In this document: piece by piece, positions 7,716 to 15,530 of the stretch
Numbering within the stretch: the stretch's first letter is position 1
Layout of the letters: every line of letters starts with the position of its first letter
Assembly: GCF_900066015.1 (NCBI RefSeq)
Contig: NZ_LN890655.1
Coordinates: 1,062,726 to 1,094,725 of the forward strand
Direction of reading: 5' to 3'
Length of the DNA: 32,000 nt
DNA from: Candidatus Promineifilum breve
Lineage (GTDB): Bacteria; Chloroflexota; Anaerolineae; Promineifilales; Promineifilaceae
Made by a program: the position numbers and the translations under genes
Notes under the pieces: generated by a model
The model's database searches: none
What the model saw: only the letters and a program-made list of their open reading frames with translations
Told to the model about the DNA's origin: nothing

Positions 7716-8519
7716 CTACTCACTCGATGGATACCGCGCCGCCCGCTTCTGCCTAAGTGCCTCCACCCCCGCCGCCATGTCCTCGTGGAAAAAGCCCAAC
7801 ATCTCCAGCGCCAACGAGTGATCGAAGATCGGCCCGGCCTGCGTGAGCCACTGGTTGAGCGCCCGCTTAGTGTAGCGAATAGCGTGGCGCGGGCCGCTGG
7901 CCAGCTTCACGGCCACGGCCATCGCCCGGTCGTGTAACTGCTCGTCGGGCACGCACAGACTGACCAGCCCGATGCGCTCGGCCTCCTTGCCGTCCACGAA
8001 CTCGGCCGTCAGCAGGTAATATTTGGCCTTGGCCATGCCCACCAGCAGCGGCCAGATGATGGCCGCGTGGTCGCCGGCGGCCACGCCCATGCGCACGTGG
8101 CCGTCGCCCAGCCGGGCGCTCTCGGCGGCGATGCTGACGTCGGCCAGCAGGGCCACCACCAGCCCCGCGCCCACCGCCGGGCCGTTGATGGCCGAGATGA
8201 TCGGCTTGTCGCAGCGCAGCATGTTGTAGACCAGGTCGCGGGCCTCGTCGAGGATACGGCCGATCTCCTCCGGGTTGCGATAGGCGTTCTCCACCAGCGC
8301 TAGATCGCCCCCGGCCGAGAACGCCCGCCCCGCCCCGGTGACCACGGCGGCATACACGTCCGGGTCGCGGCCGATGGTGTTCCAGACCTCGACCAGTTCG
8401 GTATGCAGCCGGGCGTCGGCGGCGTTCAGCGCCTCGGGCCGGTTCAGCGTCAGCCACAGGATGTGCGGCTCGCGCCGCTCAAAGAGGATGTGTTGGTAGT
8501 CCGCGTAATCCATTGCCAT
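7716..8519 (-). CDS. enoyl-CoA hydratase/isomerase (crotonase) family protein
   Basis: Start set at ATG 8519 ([33 protein letters not shown]). Contains FSAGGDL and the oxyanion-hole region [10 protein letters not shown]. It may belong functionally to the paa pathway, but that is not provable here. Confidence 0.9.
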   Translation of the reverse strand: MAMDYADYQHILFERREPHILWLTLNRPEALNAADARLHTELVEVWNTIGRDPDVYAAVVTGAGRAFSAGGDLALVENAYRNPEEIGRILDEARDLVYNMLRCDKPIISAINGPAVGAGLVVALLADVSIAAESARLGDGHVRMGVAAGDHAAIIWPLLVGMAKAKYYLLTAEFVDGKEAERIGLVSLCVPDEQLHDRAMAVAVKLASGPRHAIRYTKRALNQWLTQAGPIFDHSLALEMLGFFHEDMAAGVEALRQKRAARYPSSE

Positions 8520-8535
8520 ATAAAGGCAAAATTTA

Positions 8536-8660
8536 GCGCAAAGACGCCGGGACGCAAAAAGTCGCAAGTGGCAGGTGGCAAGTGGCGTGTTCGGAGCGAC
8601 TTGCTACTTGCTACCCGCTACTCGCTACTCGCTACCCTTTGCGTCTTTGCGCCTTTGCGT
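8536..8660. repeat. composite tandem-repeat block forming a long imperfect hairpin
   Basis: Left arm: GCGCAAAG, GACGCAAA and AAGTGGC/AGGTGGC/AAGTGGC (8566-8586). Right arm: GCTACYY x5 (8603-8637) and CTTTGCGY x3 (8637-8660). The arms are roughly complementary if G:U pairs are allowed on the plus strand. Confidence 0.85.
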
Positions 8661-8731
8661 TTTTCTTCTCGGCCGTCGTTTTCATTGCCCCGCCGGTAAT
8701 CTAGCTTAGACTTAGAGGCGCGCCAACGAGC

Positions 8732-9853
8732 GTGGCGCGGAGGTTCATGCAGCCCGGAACAATCGGCATGGTCGCCCTGCGCTTGCTGGCGGCGGCCGTC
8801 GGCTTCTATCTCATCATCAGCATGGTGCTGGCGGCCATCAAGACGTTTATCCTGCCCCGCCCGGCGCGGGTGGGCATCGTCGGGGCGGTTTTCGGTGGCG
8901 TGCGCCTGCTGTTCGACTTGCGCGCCCGTCAGGCCGAGAGCTACGCCGAACGCGACCGGGTGATGGCCCTCTACGCGCCCATCGCCCTGTTTCTTGTGCC
9001 TGTCGCTCTGCTGGCGGTCATCCTGGCCGGTTATATGCTGCTGTTCTGGGCGCTGGGCGGTTTCACCCTGGGCGAAGCGTTTCGTCTCAGCGGCTCGGCG
9101 CTGCTGACCCTGGGCAACTTCACCAACGACCGCATCGCCGTCAAAGTGCTGGAGTTCTCGGCCGCCCTGCTGGGCCTCATCCTGGTGGCCCTGCTCATCG
9201 CCTATCTGCCCACGATGTACGCCGCCTTCACCCGCCGCGAGACGCAGGTAGAACTGCTGGAAGTGCGCGCCGGGTCGCCTCCCTCGCCGTGGGAGATGAT
9301 CGGCCGCAGCTATCGCACCGGCGAACTGGGCCAGATGCGCGGCGTCTGGAACGACTGGCAGGTGTGGTTTGCCGAGATCGAGGAGAGCCACACCTCGCTG
9401 CCCGCGCTCAACTTCTTCCGCTCCCCCCGACCCGATCTGTCGTGGATCACCGCCGCGGGGGTGGTGCTCGATGCGGCGGCGCTGATGCTGTCTACCGTTG
9501 ACGTAGAAATGGAGCCGCGGGCCGCCTTCTGCATCCGCAGCGGCTACCTGGCCCTGCGCCAGATCGCCCTCTTCTTCGAGATACCGTTCGACGCCAACCC
9601 CGCTCCCGGCGATCCCATCACCATCAGCCGCGAAGAGTTCGACCAGGCCTACGACGAACTGGCCGCCCAGGGCGTGCCGTTACTGGCCGACACCGATCGC
9701 GCCTGGCAGGATTTCACCGGCTGGCGGGTGAATTACGATACGGTGCTCATCTCCCTGGCAACGCTGACGATGGCCCCCTATGCGCCGTGGTCGTCCGACC
9801 GCTCCCTCGTCCCACCGGCGACCGGCAAGCACGGGAAAAAGAAGCGGGTCTAG
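8732..9853 (+). CDS. membrane protein with ion-channel-like pore region (degenerate filter); function unknown
   Basis: 373 aa with hydrophobic helices. FTLGEAFRLSGSALLTLGNFTND, followed by an inner-helix-like LLGLILVALLIAYLP, resembles a K+-channel pore module without the TVGYG filter, plus a large soluble C-terminal domain. Start is uncertain (GTG 8732, ATG 8747 or ATG 8768). Confidence 0.55.
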   Translation: MARRFMQPGTIGMVALRLLAAAVGFYLIISMVLAAIKTFILPRPARVGIVGAVFGGVRLLFDLRARQAESYAERDRVMALYAPIALFLVPVALLAVILAGYMLLFWALGGFTLGEAFRLSGSALLTLGNFTNDRIAVKVLEFSAALLGLILVALLIAYLPTMYAAFTRRETQVELLEVRAGSPPSPWEMIGRSYRTGELGQMRGVWNDWQVWFAEIEESHTSLPALNFFRSPRPDLSWITAAGVVLDAAALMLSTVDVEMEPRAAFCIRSGYLALRQIALFFEIPFDANPAPGDPITISREEFDQAYDELAAQGVPLLADTDRAWQDFTGWRVNYDTVLISLATLTMAPYAPWSSDRSLVPPATGKHGKKKRV

Positions 9854-9862
9854 GAAACCTTT

Positions 9863-10333
9863 ATGGCGCGTTCAATGGGTCACGTCACTGTCGCCGCCGT
9901 CGGCCGCCTGCGCGAAAGCCACTGGCAGGCCGCGCAGGAAGCGTATCGCGGGCGGTTGGAGCATTACACCACGTTCAAGCTGGTGGAAGTGAAGGACGCC
10001 GGTGGTTCGTCGGGCGCGGCCCTGGCCCGCGAAGGGGCGGCGCTGCTGGCCGCCGTGCCCCGTGGGGCGCGCCTCATCCTCATGTCGCCCGACGGCCGCC
10101 ACATGAGCAGCCCCGAATTGGCGACCTTTCTACAGGGGCAACTGGAAACCTACGGCCATCTGGCATTCCTCATCGGCGGGCCATCCGGCTTCGACCCGGC
10201 CACGGCCGCCGCCGCCCACGACCGCCTGGCTCTGTCGCGCCTGACCCTGCCCCACGAACTGGCCCGCGTTGTCCTGCTGGAGCAACTTTACCGGGCGTTT
10301 ACCATTCTCCACGGGGAGCCGTATCACAAGTAG
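9863..10333 (+). CDS. rlmH: 23S rRNA (pseudouridine1915-N3)-methyltransferase RlmH
   Basis: 156 aa, SPOUT family. VAAVGRLRE..., FLIGGPSGF and the C-terminal LLEQLYRAFTILHGEPYHK are diagnostic. Confidence 0.93.
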   Translation: MARSMGHVTVAAVGRLRESHWQAAQEAYRGRLEHYTTFKLVEVKDAGGSSGAALAREGAALLAAVPRGARLILMSPDGRHMSSPELATFLQGQLETYGHLAFLIGGPSGFDPATAAAAHDRLALSRLTLPHELARVVLLEQLYRAFTILHGEPYHK

Positions 10334-10335
10334 CC

Positions 10336-10446
10336 GGTAGGTCAGTATTCGCTATCGCAATCGCAATCGCTTTCGCTATCGTTCTTCACTGGTCAGTGAG
10401 TCAATACAAGCCGCGGGCACTCAACATTGACCTACTGACCTACTGG
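10336..10446. repeat. intergenic repeat block bracketed by inverted GTAGGTCAG units
   Basis: GGTAGGTCAGTA (10336-10347). Hexamer array TCGCTA TCGCAA TCGCAA TCGCTT TCGCTA TCGTTC (10349-10384). TGACCTACTGACCTACTGG (10428-10446) is the inverted tandem copy and includes the rsmI stop codon. Confidence 0.9.
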
Positions 10447-11108
10447 ATACGCCCGCCGATGACCACGACGTACTCGCCGCGTGGCTCGGTTTCGGCCAAT
10501 TGGGCAATGAGTTCGGAGAGGGAGCCACGGCGCACCGATTCAAACAGTTTGGTCAATTCGTTCGCCACGGCCGCCGGCCGGTCGCCGTAGACGGCCAGCG
10601 CGTCGGCCAGGAACTCCCGCAGCCGGTGGGGAGATTCATAGAAGATCAGCGTGTGCGGGGATTCCTTATCGATTTCGAGGAACGTCCGCCGCTTGCCGCT
10701 CTTGCGCGGCGGGAAACCGCGAAAGGTGAAGCTATGGGACGGCAGGCCGGACAACACCAGGGCCATGATCAGCGCCGACGGGCCGGGGATCATCGTCACC
10801 GGCAATTCCTGGGCGATGGCCCGCCGCACCAGTGTGAAGCCGGGGTCGGCCACGCCCGGCGTGCCGGCATTGGACACCACGGCCACCGATTGCCCGCCTT
10901 GCAGCAGGGCGACGATCCGGCCGCCGGCCTGTTCCTCGTTGTGCTCGTGGAAGGCGATTTGCGGCTTCTTGATGTCGAAATGCTTCAGCAACAGGCCGGT
11001 CTTGCGCGTGTCCTCGCTGGCGACGTAATCGACGGCGCGCAATACGTCCAGCGCCCGGAGCGTCACGTCGCCGAGGTTGCCAATGGGCGTCGCCACCAGA
11101 TAGAGCAT
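10440..11108 (-). CDS. rsmI: 16S rRNA (cytidine1402-2'-O)-methyltransferase RsmI
   Basis: Start set at ATG 11108 ([20 protein letters not shown]), with GGAGGGGG upstream. Contains [17 protein letters not shown] and FYESPHR motifs. The listed N-terminal extension overlaps aroA and is rejected. Confidence 0.93.
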   Translation of the reverse strand: MLYLVATPIGNLGDVTLRALDVLRAVDYVASEDTRKTGLLLKHFDIKKPQIAFHEHNEEQAGGRIVALLQGGQSVAVVSNAGTPGVADPGFTLVRRAIAQELPVTMIPGPSALIMALVLSGLPSHSFTFRGFPPRKSGKRRTFLEIDKESPHTLIFYESPHRLREFLADALAVYGDRPAAVANELTKLFESVRRGSLSELIAQLAETEPRGEYVVVIGGRIQ

Positions 11109-11127
11109 CGGCCCCCTCCGCGCGGCC

Positions 11128-12471
11128 CTAGCCCGCGTCCACCCACTCGATGGCCGCGCCCAACTGGCGCATCGTCTCGACAAAGCCGGGGAAGCTGTCG
11201 GCCATGCAGGCGGCGTCATGAACCAGCGTCGTGCCCTCGGCCGCCAGCCCGGCCACGGCCAGGGCCATGCCCAGCCGGTGGTCGTCGTGGCTATCGACCC
11301 CCGCGCCGCGCAGCTGTTGCGGCCCGTGGACGGTGAAGCCGTCGGCGTGCTCGTCCATCTGCCCGCCCAGGCGGCGCAATTCACCGGCCAGCACGGCGAT
11401 GCGATCCACTTCCTTCACCCGCAGTTCGGCCGCGTCGCGCACCGTGCCCGCCCCGGCGGCCTGGGTGGCGGCCACGGCCCAAATCGGGAACTCATCGATG
11501 GCCCGCACCACGGTCGGCCCGCCGACGTCGGTGGGGTGGAGTTCGTTGAATTCGACCGACAGATCGGCGATCAACTCGCCGCCGGTCACCTGCTGGTTGG
11601 CGATGGTCACGTTGGCGCCCATGGCCCGCAGGATTTCCAGCAGCCCGGTGCGCGTGGCATTGACGCCCACCTGGCGAATGGTGATCCGTGAATGGGGCAC
11701 GATGGTGGCCGCCACCAACGGGAAGGCGGCCGAGGAGAAGTCGCCGGGCACGGTCATGTCCAGCGGCAGCAAGCGCCGGCCGCCCAATGGCGCTTCGCCC
11801 AATGTCACCCAGCCGTCCTGGGTATTGATAATCGTGCCCATGGCGACGAGCAACCGCTCGGTATGATCGCGCGCCGGGCCGGGCTGGTGGACGCGGACGA
11901 CGTGGTTGGTATAGAGGCCGGCCAAGAGTATGGCGCTTTTCACCTGGGCGCTGGGCACGGGCATGGTGTACTCGATGCCGTGCAGCGCGGCCGGGCGCAA
12001 TGAGAGGGGCGCAAACCCGCCTTCCGACTTGATGTCCGCGCCCATCAGGCGCAGCGGTTCCGTCACGCGGCCCATCGGCCGCTTGCGCAACTGCTCGCTG
12101 CCGTCCAGCACCGACGGAAAGGATTGCCCGGCCATCACCCCGGCCAGCAAGCGGATCGCCGTGCCCGCATTGCGGCAGTCGAGCGGGGCATTGGGCCGCC
12201 GCAAGCCGCGCAGCCCACGCCCTTCGATGCGCAGCTCCCACGAGTGGGCCGACCGTTTTTGGATCTCGACCGGCACACCCAGCGCGCGCACGACTTCCAG
12301 CGTCGCCAGTGTATCCCCGGCCGGCAGCCAATTGCGGATGATGCTCTTGCCCTCGGCCAACGCGGCCAGCAAGACCGCCCGGTGGCTGATCGATTTGTCG
12401 CCCGGCACGGTGATCACACCGCTAAGCGGCGTCGCCTGATGCGTGACGATGATTTTACGCGGATCGGCCAT
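11128..12471 (-). CDS. aroA: 3-phosphoshikimate 1-carboxyvinyltransferase (EPSP synthase), class II-type motifs
   Basis: 447 aa. Contains [20 protein letters not shown] and NATR, the four motifs used to define class II EPSPS. Confidence 0.96.
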   Translation of the reverse strand: MADPRKIIVTHQATPLSGVITVPGDKSISHRAVLLAALAEGKSIIRNWLPAGDTLATLEVVRALGVPVEIQKRSAHSWELRIEGRGLRGLRRPNAPLDCRNAGTAIRLLAGVMAGQSFPSVLDGSEQLRKRPMGRVTEPLRLMGADIKSEGGFAPLSLRPAALHGIEYTMPVPSAQVKSAILLAGLYTNHVVRVHQPGPARDHTERLLVAMGTIINTQDGWVTLGEAPLGGRRLLPLDMTVPGDFSSAAFPLVAATIVPHSRITIRQVGVNATRTGLLEILRAMGANVTIANQQVTGGELIADLSVEFNELHPTDVGGPTVVRAIDEFPIWAVAATQAAGAGTVRDAAELRVKEVDRIAVLAGELRRLGGQMDEHADGFTVHGPQQLRGAGVDSHDDHRLGMALAVAGLAAEGTTLVHDAACMADSFPGFVETMRQLGAAIEWVDAG

Positions 12472-12476
12472 CGCGG

Positions 12477-13349
12477 TTAGATCGCTTTCCGGTGGGCTTG
12501 CACCAATTGCGGTGCGTTTTCGGTTTGCCCCGCCGGCCCCTTGATGCGCACGCGCTGGTGGCGATGGCGCTGCTGGACGCCCTCGGCGGCGTGATGCGGG
12601 TCGAGGCGCGTCACCGGCGGCCGCCCGGCCAGCTTGGCCTGCTCCAGGGCGTGGTGGATGTAGAGGACGTTGTGCCGGCGCAGGGCCTCATTGTCCGTCG
12701 CCCCATCGCCCGCCGCGGCCGTCAGTGTGTTGTGTAAATCAGCGATTTCTTCCGGCGGGATGTAGGCCGGCAGGGAGAAGAATTCGTATTGGTCTTGCAC
12801 GCGCACCGGACGGCCGAGGATGATCGAACCCAGGGGCGCGTTGCCGTGGCCGCCCGGCTCGAAGACGTCGATCATCTCGCCGGACAGGAACTCCTTCAGG
12901 CGCAACGTCTGGCGCTCGTAGCCGGTCAACTCGTAGCCGCCCAACGGCGCGCCGTCGGCCCACTGGGCCAGTAGTTCGCGCTGCTGGAGCGAAAGATTCT
13001 CGCCCTGCTCCTTCCGGTAAATATCCACGACGCGCTCGCCGGCCGAGGGCAAGGTGTAGTCGAAAGCGAACCAATCCAGGAAGCGCTCGGCCTCGCCCGG
13101 ACTCATCAAGGGCAGCGTCTCGGCGCTGTAATACTCGTTCCAATAGCGCGCCGCCGCCGGCCCGGCCTCGTCCTCGAAGCGTGCGTCGTCGGCAAATTCG
13201 AAGATCGCCAGGCGCAGGTCGCGGGCCGCGTCGGCCCAGGCCCGCCCTTCGCGGTCAGCGGCCAGATCGGCGACCATGTGACACTGCTTATACTTTTTAC
13301 CGCTCCCACAATAACACGGCTCATTGCGGCCCGGTCTGTCCATATACAT
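12477..13349 (-). CDS. SEC-C metal-binding domain protein
   Basis: N-terminal NEPCYCGSGKKYKQCH SEC-C motif; the rest is unassigned. Start is ATG 13349 or 13343, with GGAG just upstream. It lies 5 nt upstream of the aroA start. Confidence 0.8.
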   Translation of the reverse strand: MYMDRPGRNEPCYCGSGKKYKQCHMVADLAADREGRAWADAARDLRLAIFEFADDARFEDEAGPAAARYWNEYYSAETLPLMSPGEAERFLDWFAFDYTLPSAGERVVDIYRKEQGENLSLQQRELLAQWADGAPLGGYELTGYERQTLRLKEFLSGEMIDVFEPGGHGNAPLGSIILGRPVRVQDQYEFFSLPAYIPPEEIADLHNTLTAAAGDGATDNEALRRHNVLYIHHALEQAKLAGRPPVTRLDPHHAAEGVQQRHRHQRVRIKGPAGQTENAPQLVQAHRKAI

Positions 13350-13462
13350 TGCTCCGCTATCGAGATGGCCCCCGCTACCAGGGGAAACATTCATAGCCGC
13401 TGATTGTATCAGAATTATCGCGCGCGGGAATGTTCCCCAATGGCGTTCGCGGGCGCGGCGGT

Positions 13463-13876
13463 CTACCCGGCGGCGTGGCGGCCGGCAATGGCCGCGCGAA
13501 ACTGGGCGATGACGTCATCGAGGTTGGCCCCGGGGCCGAAGACGGCCGTCACGCCCATCTCGCGCAGGCGGGCCACGTCTTCGTCGGGCACGATGCCGCC
13601 CAGGAAGACGGGCACGTCGAGCATGTCGTTTTCGGCCATCAGCTCCATGATGCGGGCCATCAATGGCAGGTGCGCCCCAGACAGGATGCTCAGGCCAATG
13701 GCGTCCACGTCCTCTTGTAGCGCCGCCTCGACGACCATCTCCGGCGTCTGGCGCAGGCCGGTGTAGATCACTTCCATGCCCGCGTCGCGCAGGGCGCGGG
13801 CCGTCACTTTGGCTCCCCGGTCGTGGCCGTCCAGGCCGGGCTTGCCGATCAGGACACGTGGTCGTCGTTCGCTCAT
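13463..13876 (-). CDS. stand-alone cobalamin-binding domain protein (methylmalonyl-CoA mutase C-terminal-domain type)
   Basis: 137 aa. [18 protein letters not shown] carries the DxHxxG His-on motif, with GLSILSGAH and VFLGGIVP downstream. GAGGAG SD is present. It lies 19 nt downstream of the radical SAM gene. Confidence 0.9.
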   Translation of the reverse strand: MSERRPRVLIGKPGLDGHDRGAKVTARALRDAGMEVIYTGLRQTPEMVVEAALQEDVDAIGLSILSGAHLPLMARIMELMAENDMLDVPVFLGGIVPDEDVARLREMGVTAVFGPGANLDDVIAQFRAAIAGRHAAG

Positions 13877-13895
13877 GGTTTATTCTCCTCTCGCC

Positions 13896-15377
13896 TCACC
13901 ACACCAGCGGCGGATAGCTGGGGGCGAAGTTGTGTTTCAGCAGCAGCGCCGACCCGGCTGCGTCGGCCGCCGGGCCAATCGCCGGGTCGCGGAACAGCCA
14001 GGCGATCTCCTCGACGCACAATCGCCCCTTGGCCGTCAGGCGCAGTCGGTCGGCTTCAACCGTGATCAACTCCAGCGCCGCCAGACGTTCCATCGTCGGG
14101 GCAAACGCGGCCAGCGGAGTCGTATTATAGGCGGTTCGGAAGAGGCTACCATCAATATAGGGATCATTCTTGAGGGCGAACATCACGTCGCGGCGCAAGG
14201 CGGTGGCGTCGTCCAGCCGGTGACCGCGCCACAGGGGGGAGACGCCCCCGGCCACGCGCCGCCCATACTCGGCCAGGTCGAAGACGTTGCACACCTGCGC
14301 GCCGCTGTAGTAGCCATAGGCCCCCGGCCCCACCGGCAACGTCGCCGCGGCCGAGGGCAAGCGCGCCGGCCGAAAAGTCGCCGGATCGCCCACGTCACGC
14401 GCCCAGAAATCGTTGGGCAGTTCGTGGTAGCCGGCCTCTTGCAGCGCCAGTTGGGCCATCAGGTGTTGGGTCTGGCTATGGCGATGATCGGGCAGGGCCA
14501 CCCGGCCGCGCCGCACGCGCTCATATAGCCCCGTGCCCCGGTCGACGAACAGAAAGTAGGTGGAGATTGAATCTGGCGCGGCGGCAAGGGCATCGTTGAG
14601 CGTCACTTCCCAATCGTCCAGCGATAGTTCCGGCAAGCCGTACATCAGGTCGAGATTGACCAGAAAGCCCTCGGCCCGCAGCAAGGCCAGCGCCGCGCCC
14701 AGGAAGCCGGTCGTGTGGCGGCGGTTGCTGTCGCGCAGCACGGCCTCGTCCGACGCCTGATAGCCGACACTGACCCGACCGATGCCGTGGCGCTTCAGGA
14801 TGGTCAGGAAGCGGACGGCGTTGGCCTCGTCGGCGAAGAATTCGGGGTGCAATTCCAGCGTGCCCACCGCCGCCGGGTTCAGATAGCGCCGCTCGGCCAG
14901 ATGGCCCAGAAAGTTCTCCAGCGCGGCGGGCGGGATGAGGCTGGGCGTGCCGCCGCCGATGTAGAGGTAGGTAATGTCCAGCGTCGTATGGCGGGCGTGG
15001 CAGTCGAACTCGGCCCGCGCCTGCTCCAGATAGCGCCCCACGGCCGCCCGCCGCCCCAGTCCCACGGCCACCAGATAGTAGCTGCAAAAATCGCACACGC
15101 CGGAGCAGAACGGCACGTGGACGTAGGCGCTGTTGACCGTGGCCGGATAGGGCGGCGCGTCGTCCGGGCCAAGCGGCCGCAGTTCGGGCAGCGCCGGGTA
15201 GACGCTGAGATAGTAGTAGTCGAGGCTGTTGCGTTGCAGTGCCCGCGGCAGTTCGTCGAGCCGGTAGGCGTCATACAGGCGGGCCGCCTCGGCCACCAGG
15301 GGGGAATCAACCATGGCGGGATTGTGACCGCAATCACGATGCGGGGCAACCGGGAAGAGATGGAACGCGGATGACAC
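13896..15377 (-). CDS. HemN/HemW-like radical SAM protein (coproporphyrinogen III oxidase family)
   Basis: YVHVPFCSGVCDFCSY (CxxxCxxC) and YIGGGTPS are present. Start is uncertain: GTG 15377 lies inside the palindromic element and ATG 15314 (MVDSPL) is an alternative; neither has a clear SD. Confidence 0.87.
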   Translation of the reverse strand: MSSAFHLFPVAPHRDCGHNPAMVDSPLVAEAARLYDAYRLDELPRALQRNSLDYYYLSVYPALPELRPLGPDDAPPYPATVNSAYVHVPFCSGVCDFCSYYLVAVGLGRRAAVGRYLEQARAEFDCHARHTTLDITYLYIGGGTPSLIPPAALENFLGHLAERRYLNPAAVGTLELHPEFFADEANAVRFLTILKRHGIGRVSVGYQASDEAVLRDSNRRHTTGFLGAALALLRAEGFLVNLDLMYGLPELSLDDWEVTLNDALAAAPDSISTYFLFVDRGTGLYERVRRGRVALPDHRHSQTQHLMAQLALQEAGYHELPNDFWARDVGDPATFRPARLPSAAATLPVGPGAYGYYSGAQVCNVFDLAEYGRRVAGGVSPLWRGHRLDDATALRRDVMFALKNDPYIDGSLFRTAYNTTPLAAFAPTMERLAALELITVEADRLRLTAKGRLCVEEIAWLFRDPAIGPAADAAGSALLLKHNFAPSYPPLVW

Positions 15378-15449
15378 GGATTTAACGGATTTGCGCGGAT
15401 CGGATCAATTTCTTATCCGCGAAAATCCGCCCCATCCGTGTCATCCGTG
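15367..15449. repeat. CGGAT-unit palindromic element A
   Basis: GCGGATGACACGGATTTAACGGATTTGCGCGGAT...ATCCGCGAAAATCCGCCCCATCCGTGTCATCCGTG. The outer 14 bp (CGGATGACACGGAT / ATCCGTGTCATCCG) are perfectly complementary. Confidence 0.9.
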
Positions 15450-15458
15450 TTCTATATC

Positions 15459-15488
15459 TTCGCCAATCTCCTTTATCCTCGCTATAGT
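15459..15488 (+). promoter_or_regulatory. candidate promoter for the acylase gene
   Basis: TTCGCC, then 18 nt, then TATAGT, about 43 nt upstream of ATG 15531. Sequence resemblance only. Confidence 0.3.
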
Positions 15489-15530
15489 TGGCCCCCACTG
15501 GATTTCACATCGATTGAGGAGAAAAGGATT

